This document shows positions 8,580 through 17,271 of a stretch of DNA of 47,249 nt, one piece after another (within the stretch, counting starts at the first letter, position 1; each line of letters opens with the position of its first letter). The position numbers and the translations under genes are program-made. The notes beneath the pieces were generated by a model. It did not search any database and was not told the DNA's origin. It saw only the letters and a program-made list of their open reading frames with translations. Origin of the DNA: an uncultured bacterium (GTDB lineage Bacteria > Abyssobacteria > SURF-5); contig CAYZZY010000001.1 in the NCBI GenBank assembly GCA_964482745.1, positions 1 through 47,249 on the forward strand, written 5' to 3'.

Positions 8580-8607
8580 ATTAGAGCAATCGACATTTTC
8601 GGGTCAA
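8580..8607 (-). promoter_or_regulatory. candidate sigma70 promoter of the que operon
   Basis: On the minus strand: TTGACC (8607-8602), 16-nt spacer, TCTAAT (8585-8580). About 100 nt upstream of queD. Confidence 0.3.
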
Positions 8608-9085
8608 GATTATGTAACGTGTGGAAATCATCAGACCTTCTCGGGGAAAAGACAAAAGGGAATCTATGGTGGGTACGCAGGTGGACCAAAAGTATTTGTA
8701 GTGGCTGGGTGTTCGGACATGCTAACAATACACGATGTAGCATTGGCACAGGACTTGCCGACTACACTCTCAGAATTTGGTGGATGCGCACTCAGATGGA
8801 TTCGAAATTGTCTCATAGGGATGTGAAAGGGTAAAGTCCTCCAATATTCATACCGCTGCCGCAGGGTAATTTGGAGGCTTACTTGAGGCCATGAGGCCGG
8901 AAGACAAACCCGTGGGTGGCCTTGTAGCGTATTGAAAGTAATTGTGTTGTGACTATTTTAGGGCAGATTGCCTGCAGTCGATTCGAGTCAATAACAATTG
9001 CCATGATTGAGCGTTCAACCCTGTTTGGAGGAAAGGAGTGCGAGACCGGTTCTTTGTTCGATTGTTTCAGGGTTATGAGCGATCG

Positions 9086-9101
9086 TGTCCATTTATGGAC
9101 A
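9086..9101. promoter_or_regulatory. perfect 7-2-7 palindrome TGTCCAT-TT-ATGGACA (candidate operator or activator site)
   Basis: Read directly. Lies about 210 nt upstream of the ATPase ATG and about 50 nt upstream of an imperfect sigma54-like TGGCAT-N5-TTAC (9150-9164). Confidence 0.35.
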
Positions 9102-9311
9102 TAAATCGGCACAATTGGCCACTCAGGGACCATAAAGGGCGACCATTTTTGGCATTCTGTTTACGCAAGCTCTGGTGTTGATTTATTTTCAAGCTGTAAA
9201 CCCGGGCTACGGCGGTGGATATCAACTGAGGGAATCCACACCGCCCATGCACCTTTTTAATAAGATTCTCTGATTTGCTTGTTTGCTTCGGATTTGGAGG
9301 TGAAATACGTA

Positions 9312-11195
9312 ATGCAGATGCGGCTCGGCGATCTTCTCGTCAAGAATGGACTTATTAAGCAAGAAGAATTGGAAAGGGCTTTGGAAAGCCAGCAGCGCTC
9401 CAATAGAAAGCGGCTCGGAGAGATACTTGTGGACACTGAACGGATCGCAAAGAAGGACCTCCTCAAGATGCTCGCTCTCCAATTGGAGATTCCTCTGTTC
9501 GATCTCGAGAAGACTGAGGTTGATGCGGACTCCATCAAAATGTTTCCAGAGAAAATGGCATTAAAATATGGATGCACTCCCATCAGGCGAGAGGACGACG
9601 AGCTTATTGTCGTTATGGCGGATCCTCTGAACCTCCAGGCGATTGACGATCTGAAGCAAACAACGAAATGTGAGATTAGGATTGCCGTTGCTGATCGTGA
9701 GCAGATAGAAGAAGTAATCAGGAAATTTCACCGAGCCGAGACCGTTGCTGACATTTCCAAATCGCTTCCTGAGCTTGACGGATTGTTCAAGGTTGTAAAG
9801 TTGGCTGATGATGGGAATGGACGGGATGAGAGCGTTACCGACCTGAAGGTGCAAAGTCAGCAGGCCCCAATAATCAGAATTGTCAACATCATCATAAATG
9901 AAGCCATCGAGGAGCATGCAACCGACATTCACATAGAGCCGCAGGCTGACTCCCTGATTGTTCGCGACAGAATAGACGGTGTGCTTTACGAAAAACATCA
10001 TCTGCCTCGATGGATACACAAACCGGTTGTTTCTCGAATCAAAATCATGGCCGACATGGATATCGCCGACAAGAGAATACCGCAAGACGGCAAGATCCGG
10101 ATTTCGCTTGGTTCGAGCTATTATGATCTTCGCATTTCTACGCTTCCCACAATATTTGGGGAGAAGGTTGCAATACGGCTGCTAGAGAGAAAGGGAAGCC
10201 ACGTGAGGCTCGAAGACCTCGGCTTCACACCTCTCCAATTGGAGCAGGTACGGCATTGCAATTCCCGCAAGCAAGGGCTCATCCTGGTCACGGGGCCGAC
10301 GGGGTCGGGGAAGAGCACGACCCTGAACTCGATGCTCCGCGAAATCAAGAGTCCAACTATCAACATGGTCACTGTTGAGGATCCTGTGGAATACGAGATA
10401 TCGAAGTTGACCCAGGTCCAGGTAAATCCAAAAGCCGGGCTCACGTTTCCTTATGTGCTCAGATCGATATTGAGACAGGACCCGGATGTGATCATGCTTG
10501 GTGAGATCCGCGATTCGGAAACGGCGGAGATAACTCTTCGCGCCGCGATGACAGGGCACCTTGTGCTGAGCACTCTCCACACAAATGATGCTCCATCAGC
10601 CGTTACGCGACTTATCAATCTTGGGATGCCGCCGTATCTTGTAAGCTCGACGCTCCTCTATGTGCTTGCGCAGCGCCTCATACGAAAGCTCTGCGAAAGC
10701 TGTTCTATTGAGTTCGAACCCGATGAGCATGAAGTGGAACAGGTGAAGAGGTTTCTGCCGGATGCCGACAGCCTGATCTGGAGGAAAGGGGCAGGATGCC
10801 CAAAATGCAATCAACGGGGGTTCTCCGGCCGTCTTGCCGTGGGAGAGTTATTCGTGATCAACAATGAGGTGCGAAATGCCATCGAGTCGGAGGAGCCTGA
10901 GTCCACTCTCCACCGAATCGCAGTCCTGAATGGAATGAAGCCGCTGCTGGCCGACTTCGTTGATAAGGTTTCTGCAGGTCAGACCGCATTGAGCGAAATC
11001 TGGAGTGTCGTTGTCGGAGAAGAAGTGACTGCCGGGATCTGTCCGAATTGTTCGATGCGCATTGAGCAATCCTATCTTGCATGCCCCTCATGCGGTTTTG
11101 CGCTGAAGGACAAATGCTCGGAGTGCGGTCAGACTATGGAGAAACAGTGGAGCTTCTGCCCACGCTGTCAGAAAGAGCAATCACGGTCGCATTAG
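9312..11195 (+). CDS. PilB/GspE-family secretion-type ATPase with N-terminal MshEN/T2SSE_N domain and C-terminal double zinc ribbon
   Basis: ATG at 9312 lies 9 nt after GGAGGTG; the ORF-track TTG at 9279 is unlikely. Tandem RLGxxLV..G.I....L...L..Q motifs. Walker A GPTGSGKST, DPDVIMLGEIRD, LSTLHTNDA, CESC/CPKC. Extra CPNC-CPSC-CSEC-CPRC tail. Confidence 0.85.
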   Translation: MQMRLGDLLVKNGLIKQEELERALESQQRSNRKRLGEILVDTERIAKKDLLKMLALQLEIPLFDLEKTEVDADSIKMFPEKMALKYGCTPIRREDDELIVVMADPLNLQAIDDLKQTTKCEIRIAVADREQIEEVIRKFHRAETVADISKSLPELDGLFKVVKLADDGNGRDESVTDLKVQSQQAPIIRIVNIIINEAIEEHATDIHIEPQADSLIVRDRIDGVLYEKHHLPRWIHKPVVSRIKIMADMDIADKRIPQDGKIRISLGSSYYDLRISTLPTIFGEKVAIRLLERKGSHVRLEDLGFTPLQLEQVRHCNSRKQGLILVTGPTGSGKSTTLNSMLREIKSPTINMVTVEDPVEYEISKLTQVQVNPKAGLTFPYVLRSILRQDPDVIMLGEIRDSETAEITLRAAMTGHLVLSTLHTNDAPSAVTRLINLGMPPYLVSSTLLYVLAQRLIRKLCESCSIEFEPDEHEVEQVKRFLPDADSLIWRKGAGCPKCNQRGFSGRLAVGELFVINNEVRNAIESEEPESTLHRIAVLNGMKPLLADFVDKVSAGQTALSEIWSVVVGEEVTAGICPNCSMRIEQSYLACPSCGFALKDKCSECGQTMEKQWSFCPRCQKEQSRSH

Positions 11196-11315
11196 TTTCC
11201 AATGCAGCTCTTTCTTTAAAACGTTCTGAGATTCTGTCCCTTTTTCCCTCTACTCTTTGAGGGGAGTCTCCCCTTTGAAGCATCTCCTGCCATATCGCTG
11301 CGATAGGACGAGGGT

Positions 11316-11344
11316 TTGACTTCACAACTCAAACCAAATACAAT
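11316..11344 (+). promoter_or_regulatory. sigma70-type promoter of the MFS gene
   Basis: TTGACT (11316-11321), 17-nt spacer, TACAAT (11339-11344). Confidence 0.55.
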
Positions 11345-11393
11345 CTTCGGAGTGAACACACCTGAGTTGTCTGCGCGATAGAAGGGAGCGCCA

Positions 11394-12605
11394 GTGAACA
11401 CATCCTTGAAAATCACCCCCGCAAGAATGGCAATACTCGGTATTGGATGGTTCGGAGTCCAGTTTTTCTGGGGCTTGCATGCCGGCGCTATACCGCTTTT
11501 CTTGAAGAATTTTACGGATTCAAAGTCCAAGATCGCACTCGTGCTCAGCCTTGCCGGAGTGGCGGGCTGCATCGTTCCTCCCATCGTCGGCTATTTCAGC
11601 GATCGCAGTTTCGGCCGCTTTGGCCGGCGCAGGCCCTATATCTTTTTTGGCATCCTGGGATTGAGCCTCTGCCTGGCAATCATGCCGCACATGGCGGTAT
11701 TTGGGATGGTTGCGCTTGTTGCGGGGGTGATGTATTTTCTGCTCCGGATCGCTGAAACGCCCTACCTTTCTCTGCTTCCGGATATCACACTGCCGGAACA
11801 GCGCAGCACTGCCAGCGGTGTTATGAACCTCTTCGGTAGTCTCGGGCTGATCGCCTGCTTCATCGTCTGTTCGGCAATCTGGGAAAAGCATCCAACCGAG
11901 GTATTCTATCTGGTCGGCGCTGTTTGCTTCGGCACGGTACTGGTAACTATTGCCCTCATCTCGGAGCCCGTAGCGTCTCCGGACGCGACACAAGAAACAG
12001 CAAGCCCCCTGGCTTATTTGAGAGGAGTTGTGGAGGAAACTAACGTGATAAAGTTCTTCGTCGCTCAGTTCTTCTGGTGGCTCGGTTTCTGGATGGTTTC
12101 CGCATTCGTGGTGCTCTTTTTGGTGGAAGAGTTGGGAGTGCCCGAAGGTGACTCCTTTAAGCCGCTGATGTTGTTTTCATTGGTCGCGACAATTTTCATG
12201 GTCCCGCTTGGTATGCTCGGCGATCGTCTTGGCCGAAAAGGAATCCTCTCGGTCATGCTTGTGCTATGGGCGCTGTCTGAGATTTTGGTTGGATTCTCAC
12301 AGAATCTGACGCAGGCACTCATCCTCGTCCCACTCACTGCAATCCCCTTTGCAGCCGTCATGGGCGTCGGCCTGGCCTATATGCTCGATCTTATTCCCCA
12401 GGAGAGAACGGCAGAGTTCGTCGGATTCAGCATTATCAGCGTTGCAGCCGCCCAGATTATCGGGCCTTTAGTCGGAGGAAAACTGATCGACACGTTGGGC
12501 TATCGTTCGATCTTTCCCGTCACTGCCGCGTGCATGTTTGTAGGCTTTGTGCTCCTCCAATTTGTCGGCCCCCGCCAGGTTGCGGGAACTTCCTCGGAAA
12601 CGTAG
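11394..12605 (+). CDS. MFS transporter, GPH/SLC45 (sucrose-transporter-like) type
   Basis: 403 aa, about 12 TM helices. GVQFFWGL in TM1 and the SDRSFGRFGRRRPYIFFG loop motif typical of this subfamily. GTG start. Confidence 0.75.
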   Translation: MNTSLKITPARMAILGIGWFGVQFFWGLHAGAIPLFLKNFTDSKSKIALVLSLAGVAGCIVPPIVGYFSDRSFGRFGRRRPYIFFGILGLSLCLAIMPHMAVFGMVALVAGVMYFLLRIAETPYLSLLPDITLPEQRSTASGVMNLFGSLGLIACFIVCSAIWEKHPTEVFYLVGAVCFGTVLVTIALISEPVASPDATQETASPLAYLRGVVEETNVIKFFVAQFFWWLGFWMVSAFVVLFLVEELGVPEGDSFKPLMLFSLVATIFMVPLGMLGDRLGRKGILSVMLVLWALSEILVGFSQNLTQALILVPLTAIPFAAVMGVGLAYMLDLIPQERTAEFVGFSIISVAAAQIIGPLVGGKLIDTLGYRSIFPVTAACMFVGFVLLQFVGPRQVAGTSSET

Positions 12606-12777
12606 ATAAGCTTCGGGCGTTATGAATATCAGGTGATGCACAGCGCTTGGGATGAAAGCAAAGGGCCAAACGCATAACCCCCCCCAGGTATGGAAGGGCT
12701 GGCTCAGGGTGAACCGGAATTGCCTGAACTCGTTGTTGAATTGGACTGTATCAGGCATGCAAGGAGTTGTGTAATGA

Positions 12778-13269
12778 TTATTGCGTTATCTTCTCGCGGC
12801 CTTTCTTTGCAGCAGTCTTTTTCCCGTCGGTGATCACCTTTTCTGCAAGAAGCCTTTTAACATCTCTCCGACCGAGCTTGCGAAGTGTCAAAAGCGCCGC
12901 CTTATTTTTCCCTCGCGGGGTGGCGCGCTTCTGTTCCCAGAAGGCGACCGCAGAAGCGCTCACGTTCAAGAGGATCGCGAGTCTTTCCTGGGTGATACCC
13001 AGTTTCTTTCGAAGCCCTCTGATACTCTTCGCGGAGATACGCGTCGTCTTGATCCCGTCGCCGGATGTCTGGTCTGGAGATGCTGTGACGAGTCCGGTCA
13101 GGGCGTTCTGGTCCGCGGCCTTTTTCAATACATTTACCGTCTTCACAAGCTGAGCGATTGTCCGCTTGAGTTCGCGCACCTCTTTGGACAATGGATCAAT
13201 GGCGGGCCGAATCTCCTTTCTGGCCAGTCGCGCGATTTCTCCTTTGAGAGTTTCTTCCATTCTTCCCAT
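12778..13269 (-). CDS. XRE-type HTH protein with N-terminal coiled coil and Lys-rich tail
   Basis: 163 aa. Heptad-like EETLKGEIARLARKE...VRELKRTIAQLVKTVNVLKK. HTH core LGITQERLAILLNVSASAVAFWEQ. Tail DGKKTAAKKGREK. GGAGGG 5-6 nt before the ATG. Confidence 0.6.
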   Translation of the reverse strand: MGRMEETLKGEIARLARKEIRPAIDPLSKEVRELKRTIAQLVKTVNVLKKAADQNALTGLVTASPDQTSGDGIKTTRISAKSIRGLRKKLGITQERLAILLNVSASAVAFWEQKRATPRGKNKAALLTLRKLGRRDVKRLLAEKVITDGKKTAAKKGREKITQ

Positions 13270-13419
13270 TGGTGCCCTCCTATCTATTCAGAGCGCTATC
13301 AATTGGTTTTTTTCTCAAATGCCCCTCGTTCTCTCGTGTCCTGACTTGGCCGAATTAACCCGGTTCGCCAGTAAAGACACTACTGCCCGGCAGAGAGAAA
13401 TCGGTCCTTTGATTTGTCG

Positions 13420-13701
13420 TCAATCGAGAGCTGCGTCTTTAGCGGCCTTGGCTATCCTGAACTTAAGCACGCGCTTGGCTGGAATATTGATGGTTTCGCC
13501 GGTCGCCGGATTGCGACCGATACGAGCTTTGCGATCCATCACAACAAGCTTGCCAATTCCCGGAATGGTAAAACCGTTCTTGGCTTCTTCGTATGCAAGA
13601 GATGCCAATCGATCCAGCAGGTCTGCAACTTGCTTTTTGGGGATCTCGGTATCCTGTGAGAGAGTGGAAATCAACTGAGCTTTGGTCATCGCCTTTTGCA
13701 T
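13420..13701 (-). CDS. hup: HU/IHF-family DNA-binding protein
   Basis: MTKAQLISTL...IPGIGKLVVMDRKARIGRNPATGETINIPAKRVLKFR is canonical HU. ATG at 13701 lies 9 nt after GGAGG; alternative ATG at 13689. The ORF-track start at 13725 is too long. Confidence 0.9.
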   Translation of the reverse strand: MQKAMTKAQLISTLSQDTEIPKKQVADLLDRLASLAYEEAKNGFTIPGIGKLVVMDRKARIGRNPATGETINIPAKRVLKFRIAKAAKDAALD

Positions 13702-13766
13702 GGCTTTGTTCCTCCGGTTGGGCAAATCGACTTGTGAATGAGAGAAAACACCAGTATGTTTAATAA

Positions 13767-13796
13767 ATTATACCGCTTGTTAGAGTCCTATGTCAA
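13767..13796 (-). promoter_or_regulatory. near-consensus sigma70 promoter of hup
   Basis: On the minus strand: TTGACA (13796-13791), 18-nt spacer, TATAAT (13772-13767). Confidence 0.65.
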
Positions 13797-14174
13797 TAAT
13801 GTAGTCGTATCGAGAGCGGTAGATCAAAACTTGAAGCCTGATCGAAGTCTTCAGACGGTCATGTCTCCTTTATAATTCTCAAGGGCGCCTTGCGATTCGT
13901 TTCTCCTCTGTTCCCACACAATCTGAGTGTCGCGACCTTCTATAGCTTGATCGCATAGGGATTATTGAGGTTGCTGGGATAATAATTTTTGATAAAGCGT
14001 TCGGAAGCACTTTTCAAAACAAAAATTCTACTGTATACTTCCATAAGACTATTACGAGGATATCCCATGTCTGGGCAAGAGAGCCGTATTATCATCCCTT
14101 ATTGCGTTCTGTTTCATCCTATGCACGAGGGGCAACCGGCAACACGAACGAGAGACGAGTAAGGAGGCATTCTA

Positions 14175-16322
14175 ATGGCTGATCCCAGTAATCATCTTCA
14201 TGAACGACTTCGGGTTTTGGCCGAGAACCTCTGGTGGTCGTGGCATCCGGATGTCATCAGTATTTTCAGCGAGCTGGACCCTGCCGGCCAGCTCTGGCGC
14301 GAAGTGGATCATAATCCAATCGCCTTCCTGAACAAAGTGAGTCCGGAGCAAGTCGAGCAAAGAGCTGCGGAAGTTGTGCTCCATAGCCGAATCAACTATG
14401 CCTTCAGACGTCTGAATGAATATCTCGAAAATGAAAGAACATGGGGCGCTGTTAACTGCGGAAACCTTCGAAACCGGCCCGTCGCATATTTCTCGGCCGA
14501 ATTTGGCCTGCATGAATCCGTGCCGATTTATTCGGGTGGTCTCGGAGTTCTTGCCGGCGACCATTTGAAAAGCGCCTCAGATCTTGGGATACCCCTCATA
14601 GGAATCGGTCTTCTCTATCACCAGGGGTATTTCAGCCAACGTCTGACCCGGGATGGGTGGCAGGGGGAGGAATACGTCGATCTCGATATCACATCGCTGC
14701 CCCTGCAGCCGGCGACCGATGCCTCGGGACAACCTCTGTATATTCGTGTCGATACGCGGGACGGAAGCCTTAAAGCTCGTGTTTGGGAATTGCGCGTCGG
14801 ACGTGTTCGCCTGTTGCTGCTCGATTCGAACGTGGAAGGGAATTCGGATGAGGATCGTGGGCTGACCTCTCGGCTTTACGGCGGAGGTCACCGCGTTCGT
14901 ATACGACAGGAGTTGTTGCTGGGAGTCGGTGGCGCGCGCATAATGCAGGCGCTGAACGTATTTCCCGGAGTGCTGCATCTAAACGAAGGCCATAGTGCAT
15001 TCGCGATCCTGGAGGAAATCCGCCGTGTAATGGAAGACGACGCGCTTTCATTTGAGCGGGCCCGTCGCCGGGTATCGCTGTATACCGTACTCACCACGCA
15101 TACGCCTGTGGAAGCAGGCCATGACCGCTTCGCACCGGATTTAGTCGAGGAACATCTGGGAGTTTTGAGAGAAAAATTAGGATTATCTCATGAGAAATTC
15201 ATGGCCCTGGGGCGCGTAAATCCCTCCGATCAGAATGAGCCCTTTTGTATGACGGTTCTTGCTCTGAAGAATTCTCGCAGGGCAAACGCCGTCTCGGCGA
15301 TTCATGCGGATATCAGCCGTCGGATGTGGCATTGCCTCTGGCCCGAACGGCCCGAAGTGGAAGTCCCCATCGGCCATATAACCAACGGCGTACATGTATT
15401 GTCATGGCTGGCTCCGCAGATGAACAAATTATTTGCGACGCGTCTCGGACCGGAGTGGGTTACCAAGATGATCCATCCGGATGTCTGGGAGAAGGTGAAC
15501 GAAATCGATGACGGCGAGCTGTGGGAGACGCACCAGAGCTTGAAAATGCGTCTTATCCGGTTCGTGCGACGGCGCTTGGCCCAGCAGGCGGAGCGGCTGG
15601 GCGATCAGCAAACACTCCAGCAGATCGACCAGATACTTGATCCTCAATACCTCACCATCGGCTCGGCCCGCCGGTTTGCGACGTATAAACGGGGGGATAT
15701 GATTCTGGCCCAGCCCGAGCGTCTGGCCAAACTCGTGGCCTATTCTCTAAGACCGATCCAGATCATTTTCGCCGGCAAGGCGCATCCCCGCGACGACGAG
15801 GGAAAACGGATTCTGCAGCGGATAGCGCAACATTCTTTGAACCCCAAATACAAAATGAGAATCGTCTTCGTGGAAGATTATGATTACAACGTCGGCCGCC
15901 ACCTTGTGCAGGGGGTGGATGTTTGGCTCAATAATCCCCATCGACCGCTGGAAGCGTGCGGTACGAGCGGTCAGAAAACCGTTCTCAACGGGGGATTAAA
16001 CCTGTCTGTTCTCGATGGCTGGTGGAACGAAGCGTATGACGGCGCCAATGGTTTCGCGATCGGTCACGGCGGCATGCATAATGACCATGGCATACAATAT
16101 CAGCGAGATGCCGATTTCCTCTATGAAAAACTTGAGAATGAAGTGATTCCTCTTTATTATGACCGTGACGCAAGCGGAGTTCCGGTTCGGTGGGTGAAAC
16201 GGATGAAGGCCGCCATCCGGAGCCTCGGATGGCGTTTCAATGCCGATCGCATGGTAAAGGACTATACTGAGCGATATTATCTTCCGGCGGCAAGCGCCAC
16301 CTCGGCAGAAACACTCTTATAG
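14175..16322 (+). CDS. glgP: alpha-glucan (glycogen/maltodextrin) phosphorylase, DUF3417-GT35 type
   Basis: 715 aa. N-terminal LWWSWHP motif and PLP-lysine region GTSGQKTVLNGGLNLSVLDGWW. AAGGAGG before the ATG. Confidence 0.85.
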   Translation: MADPSNHLHERLRVLAENLWWSWHPDVISIFSELDPAGQLWREVDHNPIAFLNKVSPEQVEQRAAEVVLHSRINYAFRRLNEYLENERTWGAVNCGNLRNRPVAYFSAEFGLHESVPIYSGGLGVLAGDHLKSASDLGIPLIGIGLLYHQGYFSQRLTRDGWQGEEYVDLDITSLPLQPATDASGQPLYIRVDTRDGSLKARVWELRVGRVRLLLLDSNVEGNSDEDRGLTSRLYGGGHRVRIRQELLLGVGGARIMQALNVFPGVLHLNEGHSAFAILEEIRRVMEDDALSFERARRRVSLYTVLTTHTPVEAGHDRFAPDLVEEHLGVLREKLGLSHEKFMALGRVNPSDQNEPFCMTVLALKNSRRANAVSAIHADISRRMWHCLWPERPEVEVPIGHITNGVHVLSWLAPQMNKLFATRLGPEWVTKMIHPDVWEKVNEIDDGELWETHQSLKMRLIRFVRRRLAQQAERLGDQQTLQQIDQILDPQYLTIGSARRFATYKRGDMILAQPERLAKLVAYSLRPIQIIFAGKAHPRDDEGKRILQRIAQHSLNPKYKMRIVFVEDYDYNVGRHLVQGVDVWLNNPHRPLEACGTSGQKTVLNGGLNLSVLDGWWNEAYDGANGFAIGHGGMHNDHGIQYQRDADFLYEKLENEVIPLYYDRDASGVPVRWVKRMKAAIRSLGWRFNADRMVKDYTERYYLPAASATSAETLL

Positions 16323-16430
16323 CTCTCTGCCGGAGAATTGTCGCAGGCCCCTGATTGTCCCGAAAAGTCAAAGAGAGAGATGCAAACCTGATAAGCGAAG
16401 CATAATGAGCGGGAGGGGGAGGAGGCAGAA

Positions 16431-17159
16431 ATGAAGGTGGAAGGCAAGGTCGCACTTGTGACCGGAAGCGGAAGAGGGATAGGGCGAGAGATAGCCCTTC
16501 TTTTTGCCCGCGAAGGGGCCAGAGTAGTAGTTTCCGCCCGCAGCTCAGATCAGGTGGTGGAGGTTGTCGAAGAGATCGCAGGCGCCGGAGGCGAGGCCGT
16601 CGGTGTAAGCGCGGATGTTTCGTGTTTGGAGGACGTCAAAAGGATGGTCGACAAGACCATGAGCGCATTTGGCCAAGTCGATATTCTCGTGAACAATGCG
16701 GGCATCCTGGGCCCCGGCCCTCTCGTCAGCACGGAACCGGAGGATTGGCTGCGTGTCATCGAGATAAACCTCATCGGGACCTTCTATTGTACGAAAGCCG
16801 TGACCCCTTTCTTGATCGAACGAGGGTGGGGCAGGGTAATCAATATAGCCTCTCGTAGCGGCAAGATCGGCCATCCCTTTATGACGGCATATTGCTCCTC
16901 GAAACACGGTGTTGTCGGATTTACGAAGGCGTTGGCCGAAGAACTGGCCCCATTTAACATCACCGTCAACGCGATATGCCCCGGTTTCGTCGCAACCGAT
17001 ATGGTCTCTGACACCATCAAAGAGCAGGCCGGAGACAAGATCATCAGAACAAGCCAGATTGCCGGGCTTGCGCTCTATCTGGCGGGCGAGGAGGCAAGCG
17101 CCATAAATGGTGAGGCGATCAATATTTTTGGCTCCGTAAAGGTGAACTTGAGCATGTAG
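16431..17159 (+). CDS. short-chain dehydrogenase/reductase (FabG-like)
   Basis: 242 aa. TGSGRGIG, NNAG, catalytic YCSSK. Confidence 0.85.
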   Translation: MKVEGKVALVTGSGRGIGREIALLFAREGARVVVSARSSDQVVEVVEEIAGAGGEAVGVSADVSCLEDVKRMVDKTMSAFGQVDILVNNAGILGPGPLVSTEPEDWLRVIEINLIGTFYCTKAVTPFLIERGWGRVINIASRSGKIGHPFMTAYCSSKHGVVGFTKALAEELAPFNITVNAICPGFVATDMVSDTIKEQAGDKIIRTSQIAGLALYLAGEEASAINGEAINIFGSVKVNLSM

Positions 17160-17271
17160 AGAAACCCGGGATACCGGGGCGGTCTCGTGTCGGAATTGTC
17201 AAGTGTTCTTTAACGGGTTGATCACTTGCCATATAGTAGAGCCATTGTTTCAGAAAGCGAGGAGTGTAGGC

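Noticed and set aside
8476-8580. preQ1 riboswitch in the queD leader
   Set aside because: AGAGGUU resembles the start of the Bacillus preQ1-I aptamer. However, the complementary CCCUCU strand and the A-rich tail/pseudoknot arrangement are absent. The GTGACC...GGTCAC stem has a 31-nt loop and no known match.
8780-8930. RNase P RNA-, tmRNA- or SRP RNA-like strings (AAAGUCC, GGAGGCUUACUUGAGG, GACAAACCCG, GGAUUCGA, CCGGAAG)
   Set aside because: These are isolated short similarities only. The universal GAGGAAAGUCCGGGC block, a tRNA-like acceptor/T-arm with CCA, and the SRP GGAAGCAGCC motif are all missing. The region is too AT-rich and too weakly paired on paper.
8532-9181. Small ORFs in the non-coding tract (8532-8834, 8879-9133 minus, and a 47-codon GTG ORF at 9038-9181 with an upstream GGAGGAAAGGA)
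   Set aside because: The translations are W/C/R/F-rich with no motif. The first two lack any RBS. The third has an SD-like purine run but a composition unlike real proteins. I cannot support them as CDS without conservation data.
9312-11195. Calling the ATPase gspE, pilB or mshE specifically
   Set aside because: No cognate machinery genes are in the window. Family membership is clear, but orthology to a named system cannot be established from this sequence, so no gene symbol is given.
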